From assembly GCA_052139695.1 (NCBI GenBank), contig JBKQWF010000019.1:24570-88569 (forward strand): DNA of 64,000 nt. The letters run 5' to 3'. The position numbers and the translations under genes were made by a program. The stretch's first letter is position 1. Each line of letters opens with the position of its first letter. Positions 57,957 through 64,000 of the stretch are shown in pieces. The DNA is from Limisphaerales bacterium. GTDB taxonomy: Bacteria; Verrucomicrobiota; Verrucomicrobiia; Limisphaerales; Palsa-1400. The notes under the pieces were generated by a model. The model was given only the letters and a program-made list of their open reading frames with translations, did no database searches and had not been told where the DNA came from.

Positions 57957-58664
57957 ATGAAAATATTCTTCTATAAATTTCAGAACACGGCCTTCAGCCG
58001 CGAGAGCGAAGAATCCTCAGGCCGAGGCCGTTTTGGCCATGCGTTCACGCTTCTTGAATTACTGGTCGTAATCGCAATCATCAGTGTTTTGGCTAGCCTG
58101 CTGTTGCCTGCGCTTGCCCGGAGCAAGGACCAGGGACGCAATACCGTGTGCGTGAGCCAGCTTCGCCAATTGGGGATCGCCACGCGCGTTTACGCGGACG
58201 ACAATAACAACCGCCTCCCGACGGCGGAACTGCTGCCCACGTCGCCGGTCAACCCTACGAATGTGTTGCCACGCATTTGTGACGTGCTGGGGCCTGAAGT
58301 GGGCAAATCCAACGGTGGCACGAACAGCTCTCCTGTATTCGATTGCCCGGCAGATGCCGAAGGCCGGTTCGCCGCCGAGGGTTCCAGCTACGAATGGAAC
58401 ACCGATTTAAACGGGCATCGCATCGACGAAACAACCTCGGAGACCATGCATTTCGCCTTGGCCTGGGCAGGGCCGATAGAGGGACCGGGGCCGTCCGGAA
58501 CCAACGTCACGGTCACCAATGGTACAATTCAATTGACATTTGAGCCGAGCACGACGCCGCTTTTTACCGATTACGACGATTTTCATCCCCGTTCCACCGG
58601 CTCCGGCAAAAACGTGGTGTTCATGGACGATCACGTGACGCCGCTCCAGTTATCAGACTTTTGA
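57957..58664 (+). CDS. Prepilin-type N-terminal cleavage/methylation protein
   Basis: [25 protein letters not shown]; C-x-SQLRQLG; NVVFMDDHV. Confidence 0.92.
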   Translation: MKIFFYKFQNTAFSRESEESSGRGRFGHAFTLLELLVVIAIISVLASLLLPALARSKDQGRNTVCVSQLRQLGIATRVYADDNNNRLPTAELLPTSPVNPTNVLPRICDVLGPEVGKSNGGTNSSPVFDCPADAEGRFAAEGSSYEWNTDLNGHRIDETTSETMHFALAWAGPIEGPGPSGTNVTVTNGTIQLTFEPSTTPLFTDYDDFHPRSTGSGKNVVFMDDHVTPLQLSDF

Positions 58665-58798
58665 ACGAAGTGCGCCGGGCGTGCCTCTTAAATTTGTGGG
58701 GTGTACTTTTTCGACTGCTCCCAAGGCGGGTGCAATATTGAGTTCACAACGCTCCAATTTTGTTCAAGACTACGCGATCGTGAGTAAAATATTATGTT

Positions 58799-60018
58799 TT
58801 GCCTGTTTCATGGCGGTGCCATTGCTGGTTTTGGCAAACGGCCCTCGAGAGCATAGCTCCGCTGAGGTATTACTGGTCGTCAACGAGCGCAGCCCGATTT
58901 CCGAGGCCATTGCCGAGGATTACGCGGGCAAACGGCATGTCGCCAATGTTCTCGCGGTGCAATGCCAGGATTCCGCCTTGAGCACGCGCAGTGAAACCAT
59001 CCCTCTGGCGGATTACCGGCAAGCGATAGAGTCGCCCATTCACGGGTTTTTGGCGGAGCATACCAACATCGAGTTTATCGTCTTGACGAAGGGCATTCCC
59101 ATCCGCATCACTGGCGTGGATATGGGAAGTTGCGATGAGAAGAGCCACGAGCCGGAAAGTATTCGCGGGCATCCATCAGTTGATAGTTATTTGAGCGCCT
59201 TGGATTATACGAATCTTCCGACGATTAAAATCCATATCGCCGGGTCGGGGGCCATCGGTTGCGCGTATTCCAATCGTTACTGGAATGCGGCGGAGCCTTT
59301 TTCCCATGCAAAATTTGGCGGCTATCTTGTCACAAGGCTGGATGGATACACTGAGGCCGACGCAAAAGCTCTGGTCACCCGTTCCTTAGACGGGGAACGG
59401 AATCTTTCACGTTATCTCAAGGAAGGCAAAGTTCTGCTGGACGTGGAACCTGTTTTCGGTTTGGGGGATAAAGCAACACAGCCCGGCCCCATTACCACCA
59501 CAAATATTCCGGCGGAATCTGCCTGGAGCGAATTCAATGCGGATATGTGCCATGCCGCCGATGTTTTGACCAGCCGCGACATCCCGGTGGAACTGGATTT
59601 GACGCCGACGTTCATTGGCGGACGATCCAATTTGCTCGGTTATTTTTCGTGGGGCAGCAATGACGAGCGCTCATGGAAGAGCAATGACTGTTACACGCCG
59701 GCCGCATACCTCAGCCTGTTTTTCGCGCCGGGCGCGGTATCCGACACCGCGGTTTCCACCAGCGCGCGGACTTTTTTGCCGACGCACGGCGGGCAATCGC
59801 TGCTGGTGGATTTGATCGCGCATGGGCTGACGGGCGGGAAAGGATACACCGATGAACCGTTGCTCCAGGCGATCGCCTCGCCGACCATTGTATTTGACAG
59901 ATATACCGCGGGATACACGCTGGCCGAAAGCTTTTACGCCGCCTCCCATTTTGTTTGCTGGGAGGACGTGGTCATCGGCGACCCGCTGTGCTGTCCCTAT
60001 TTAAAGCGCGCCCAATAG
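58799..60018 (+). CDS. TIGR03790 family protein
   Basis: LLVVN...S-x-AIA-x-DY, GYLVTRLDGY, YFSWGSND, GYTDEPLL, TLAESFYAAS, VIGDPL; start approximate. Confidence 0.88.
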
Positions 60019-60019
60019 T

Positions 60020-61513
60020 TTACTTCGGCATGTCGGTGCGGAAGGGGTTGGCGGGCAAACCGGCCTTGTTGTAAAGGTTGGCTTCCGGGTTATCAGCCCA
60101 GGCGTAACGCACGGCCACCGGTTGCGGGACTTTTGCGGAAGAGACAATCACATTCTTGCCGGCGATGTGCGCGTCGGCCCAGACGAAATGCCCATCAGCG
60201 CCGGCGATGGCAAACCCTTTGATGGTGTCGCCTTTAACTTCCAGGCCGCCGTCACGATGCGAGAAATGGATGATTGCCTGGTCACCCTTGATTTGCATTT
60301 TTTGGAATGTGGGGCCTTCAAATTCGATCTTCTTTCCGTAAGCGATCGCTTCCGCGCATAGCGCCAGGCGGCGTCCGACTTCCTGTTTATTTTTGGGATG
60401 GATGTCCTTGGCCTCTCCAATATCAACGGCGGAAGCCGTCGCGCTGTGTCCAACCGCAGTGGCGGCCCATTGCTGCGCCTCGCGGATTTCAGCCCAGCCC
60501 GATTCTCCTGGCTCCGGTTTGGTATCGGTAAAGCCAGCCAATTGCACAATAAAAAACGGAAATTCTCCCGCGCTAAAATGCGCGCGCCAGTCACGAATCA
60601 TCGTGGCCAGCAACGTCCGGTATTGCTTGCCGCGGCCGGCATTGCTTTCGCCCTGGTACCAAATGGCGCCCTTGAGAGCCATCGGCGTGAGCGGCGCAAT
60701 CATGCCGTTGTACAGGACGGTGGGGATATTGGGGTTTTTGCCTTTTTCCGCGGTGTCCGAGGTTCTTACGTGCGCCACGGCGTCTTTAAAGTCGGACATT
60801 TGCTCAAGGAAATCGCTGCTCACCCAGGCTTCGCAGACGGTGCCGCCCCAGGCGCTCTGAATCAAGCCGATGGGCACCTTCAGGTCCGTGGCCAACTGCC
60901 GGCCAAAAAAATAGCCCACCGCAGTAAAGCCGGCCCAATCGCCAATCTGGATGCACTCCGTCGTGCAAGGCATCCACTGCACGCGGCCTTTGGGCCAGGC
61001 GGGTTGGCCATTTTCCATTGGACCGAACAAGGGCTGCGGTTGATTGCGAATCACCTTGGGCACGCCGAAAAGGCGAATATGGGGATAGTTCGCATTTTTG
61101 ATTTCTTCCGCGGCGTTCTTGCCATTGGCGATGCCCATTTCCATATTCGATTGGCCGGAGCATAGCCAAACATCGCCCACCAGGACATCGCTCAACGTCA
61201 CTTCCTGCGGGCCGGAAATGGTGATCGTGTACGGTCCCCCCGCTTTGAAGGGGCCAATTTTCGCCAGCCACTTTCCATTGGCATCAGCGGTGGCGGTGTA
61301 GGTCTTGCCGTTGACGCGCACGGTGACGGTCGCGCCTGGGTCGGTCCATCCCCAGATGGGGTCCGCCATGCCGCGTTGCAGCACCATGTGGTCGGCAAAG
61401 AGCGGATGAAGAAACGGTTTCGCGCTGTCAGCGGCCTGCGCCGAGGAAACCGCGAGCAAAAGCGCCGAGATGAAACTCAAGAAGAGTGAATTTCTGCCAA
61501 TGATGTATTTCAT
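60020..61513 (-). CDS. Sialate O-acetylesterase (SASA domain)
   Basis: F-x-DHMVLQR, GDVWLCSGQSNM, IWYQGESN, DIHPKNK, VRYAW, LPANPFRTD. Confidence 0.94.
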   Translation of the reverse strand: MKYIIGRNSLFLSFISALLLAVSSAQAADSAKPFLHPLFADHMVLQRGMADPIWGWTDPGATVTVRVNGKTYTATADANGKWLAKIGPFKAGGPYTITISGPQEVTLSDVLVGDVWLCSGQSNMEMGIANGKNAAEEIKNANYPHIRLFGVPKVIRNQPQPLFGPMENGQPAWPKGRVQWMPCTTECIQIGDWAGFTAVGYFFGRQLATDLKVPIGLIQSAWGGTVCEAWVSSDFLEQMSDFKDAVAHVRTSDTAEKGKNPNIPTVLYNGMIAPLTPMALKGAIWYQGESNAGRGKQYRTLLATMIRDWRAHFSAGEFPFFIVQLAGFTDTKPEPGESGWAEIREAQQWAATAVGHSATASAVDIGEAKDIHPKNKQEVGRRLALCAEAIAYGKKIEFEGPTFQKMQIKGDQAIIHFSHRDGGLEVKGDTIKGFAIAGADGHFVWADAHIAGKNVIVSSAKVPQPVAVRYAWADNPEANLYNKAGLPANPFRTDMPK

Positions 61514-61578
61514 ATTTACGTTGCGGCGGGCAAAATGCCTGACCCCGCCGCCACAGTCAACGCGGCGGAGAGAGGAAT

Positions 61579-61682
61579 GGTGGGGCGGTGCCGATGCGCT
61601 GCCCGTTCTTTTCTTTGCGGCAGCATGAACGAAATTCGCCGGGGAGGGAGAAACTCGGTCGGAGCCGTAGGTCCGCCCCACC
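61579..61682. repeat. GTGG-type REP-like inverted pair
   Basis: GGTGGGGCGG at 61579 and CCGCCCCACC at 61673. Confidence 0.55.
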
Positions 61683-61754
61683 GTAAAATCGACTGTAAGT
61701 CTTAGTTCAAAGGAAAATGTGGATAATTCCGCAACATCGCTTTATTACTCAGGC

Positions 61755-62876
61755 ATGAAAAAACTCCTGGTTGTCCTGGCGTGGCTCGCGCTGGGGAACG
61801 GTATTTTGGTCATGGCGGAACCGGGAATTTCCGCAGGGCCTAACGGAACCGTGCTGAAGGAGGGCAAGCCGTTTCATGCGGTCGGCGTCAATTATTTCGA
61901 TTGCTTTTTGCGGACGCTGCTCGATGGAAACGACACCAGTTATGATGCCGGTTTCGCGACTCTAGCCGAGCAAGGCATTCCGTTTGCACGCTTCTGCGCG
62001 ACCGGTTTCTGGCCCCAGGAAATGCGGTTGTATTTGACCAATCGCGCGGAGTATTTCCGGCGGATGGATGGAGTTGTGCAGTCGGCCCAGAAGCACGGCG
62101 TTGGCTTGGTTCCGTCGTTGTTTTGGTATTATTCGACGGTGCCGGACATCGTGGGCGAACCGGTGGGGGAATGGGCGAACCCGCGGAGCAAGACGCAGGC
62201 GTTCATGCGGGAGTATGTGCGCGAAATGGTGACGCATTACCGGGACAATGCCGCCATCTGGCTGTGGGAGTTCGGCAACGAGTACTCGCTGGAGGCCAGT
62301 TTGCCCAATGCCAGCGAACATCGTCCGCCGGTGGCTCCTGAACTGGGCACGCCAAAAACTCGCAGCGAGCGCGACCAATTGACCTTCGCGATGATGCGCC
62401 AAATCTTCGCCGCATTTGCCAAGGAAGTTCGCAAATATGATCCGCGGCGAATGATCGTCACAGGCGACGCTTTTCCGCGCTCCTCAGCCTGGCATCAGGA
62501 GCATGAGGGCAAATGGACGGGGGATACGTCGGACCAATTCACGGAGATGCTCGGCCTGCTCAATCCAGAACCCATCGACTCGATCAGCGTGCATTTGTAC
62601 GCCGTCGATGAGGGCCGGCTGGCGCAAGCGGTGCAGGCCGCGCGGAAGTTGAACAAGCCGTTGTTCGTCGGGGAGTTCGGCGCTCCGGGCGAATCGGCGG
62701 AAGTGGAAATGGTTTGCCGCCGCCAGCTTCAGGCGATTCGCGACAACGAGGTCCCATTGTCGGCCCTATGGGTCTTTGATTTTAAGAGTCAAAAAGAATT
62801 TAACGTTACGGCCTCCAATGCGCGCTCGGGCCAGCTTGCTCTTGTGGCGGAGGCGAACCGCGGATTGCCGCCTTGA
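61755..62876 (+). CDS. Glycoside hydrolase, GH5-like
   Basis: Signal peptide, GVNYF, WEFGNE acid/base, SVHLY, FVGEFG nucleophile. Confidence 0.88.
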   Translation: MKKLLVVLAWLALGNGILVMAEPGISAGPNGTVLKEGKPFHAVGVNYFDCFLRTLLDGNDTSYDAGFATLAEQGIPFARFCATGFWPQEMRLYLTNRAEYFRRMDGVVQSAQKHGVGLVPSLFWYYSTVPDIVGEPVGEWANPRSKTQAFMREYVREMVTHYRDNAAIWLWEFGNEYSLEASLPNASEHRPPVAPELGTPKTRSERDQLTFAMMRQIFAAFAKEVRKYDPRRMIVTGDAFPRSSAWHQEHEGKWTGDTSDQFTEMLGLLNPEPIDSISVHLYAVDEGRLAQAVQAARKLNKPLFVGEFGAPGESAEVEMVCRRQLQAIRDNEVPLSALWVFDFKSQKEFNVTASNARSGQLALVAEANRGLPP

Positions 62877-62912
62877 TGCCTCGCGGAATCCGCCCAAGGC
62901 ACAATTGTGCGG

Positions 62913-64000
62913 CTACCGGGCCTCGATGCCGCGCAACGGAAGATTCCGCGGATTTTCCTGGGCTTTGCCTCTGGCGAGATGGCTCCGCGAGAGTCTCTCT
63001 CCTTGCTCCATTAAGATCGTGAGGTTAGTCCGGTCAGAGTCCATACGGCCAATTAAGCGGAAAGGAATCAATGGGTCGAGACTCCCATTTGCGCGGAGAC
63101 TCGGTAGCCATTAACCCGGGCGGAGAGATCCAACGTTTCGCCGGGCAAATTCGTGAAACTGAAATGCCCATCTGGCGCCAGTTCCACGCTTGTGCTGTCC
63201 CAAGCCCTATCTCGTCCGACCACCAGCCGACAATGGGGCGGGATGGCGTTGGAATCGGAAAGGCTCAATTTCCCCGCCAATCGCCATCCGGCGGTGAGCC
63301 GGAGTGCGCCAAGATCGTTTGTGGTCCCGTCGTCTCCCATGCAAAAGGCAAGCGTCGGCAAAGCGCCGCGGCCCAAAAGCGAATTCATCAGGCCATAAAC
63401 CACATACTCGCGATTTGGCGGCAGGTTAAGGAAAGCAAATCGGCCGTCGTCGTCTGTTCCCGTGACAAAATCTCCGAAGAACACCTCTCCCCTGCGATCA
63501 GCTTGAACGACGCCAAGGGTCACATTGCCCACCGGCTTGTCGCCAGACACAAGTCTTCCAATCAGGACCGCCCCACGAGTGAGGACCAAATCGTGGGAAG
63601 TCAGCCCGGGTGTGACGTTGTTGCAGAGGCATCGAGCCCATCCGCGCGCTTCCACTTTGAGATTCATGGAGTCAAACGGCTGAGGGCATCGAATCTCAAA
63701 CCGACCGGCTTCGTCGGTGATGGACAGTGGATCGGTGTCTTTGGGAGGCGAGCCGAAGGTGGTATCGCCGATGACAGTTCCTTCCACGGAAACCACCGTA
63801 TTGGCAATGGGCGCCTTGTCGGGCCCAACAACGCGGCCGATGATAATTTGACTGGCCGGCAGGGTGGGTGCGGCGCGACGGCGAAGACGGGCGTCGAGGG
63901 GGCCTTTCATAGGATCAACCTTCGCGAAGAACGCTGGCTCGAAATCTTTGGCTACCACGAGCACGCGGAAAAGGAGGCTGGCATCGACCGAATCGATTCT
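62913..64000 (-). CDS. Carboxypeptidase-regulatory-like (Cna-B/beta-sandwich repeat) protein, 5' end outside window, with an apparent single-base frameshift near the 3' end
   Basis: Frame open to base 64000; repeated G-x-V...G-x-P...TD-x-x-GRF; ORF stops at 63068, but a frame shift at 63088-63090 continues as NGSLDPLIPFRLIGR...LRGIEAR to TAG 62913. Confidence 0.7.

Noticed and set aside
253-63398. The many long opposite-strand or alternate-frame ORFs in the track (e.g. 6896-7648, 17291-18517, 27531-28832, 35383-36375, 51763-52635, 55548-56606)
   Set aside because: Shadow ORFs of well-supported genes, expected in high-GC DNA; no recognisable motifs.

Overview
GC-rich bacterial chromosome segment, most likely from Verrucomicrobiota (Pedosphaera/Limisphaerales-like). 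Supporting this: a PVC-superphylum small basic protein (1578-1733, missed by the ORF track), prepilin/H-X9-DG proteins, an ECF-Ser/Thr kinase pair, BspA-type LRR relics, TIGR03790 and characteristic intergenic palindromes. Housekeeping blocks (parB, pseudouridine synthase, folD, glnD, trmB, lnt) alternate with accessory regions. The most notable systems are: (1) an 8-gene co-directional cluster at 26.5-35.2 kb joining thioredoxin, two small Cys-containing membrane proteins (DUF6132, DUF2892/YgaP), a TolC-MFP-RND efflux pump, a Tat-exported SorA-like molybdoenzyme and a SorB-like cytochrome extended to three hemes; (2) a LytS/LytTR two-component pair bracketed by REP-like repeats, with matching 9-bp/21-bp-period candidate operators on both sides and a downstream pilin-like module; (3) a cluster of small DUF genes at 45-51 kb carrying several sigma54-like -24/-12 motifs; (4) many genes broken by internal deletions, a nonsense codon or single-base frameshifts. 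I found no rRNA, complete tRNA, CRISPR array, intact transposase or prophage. All family assignments come from motif recognition by eye; no database search was run.
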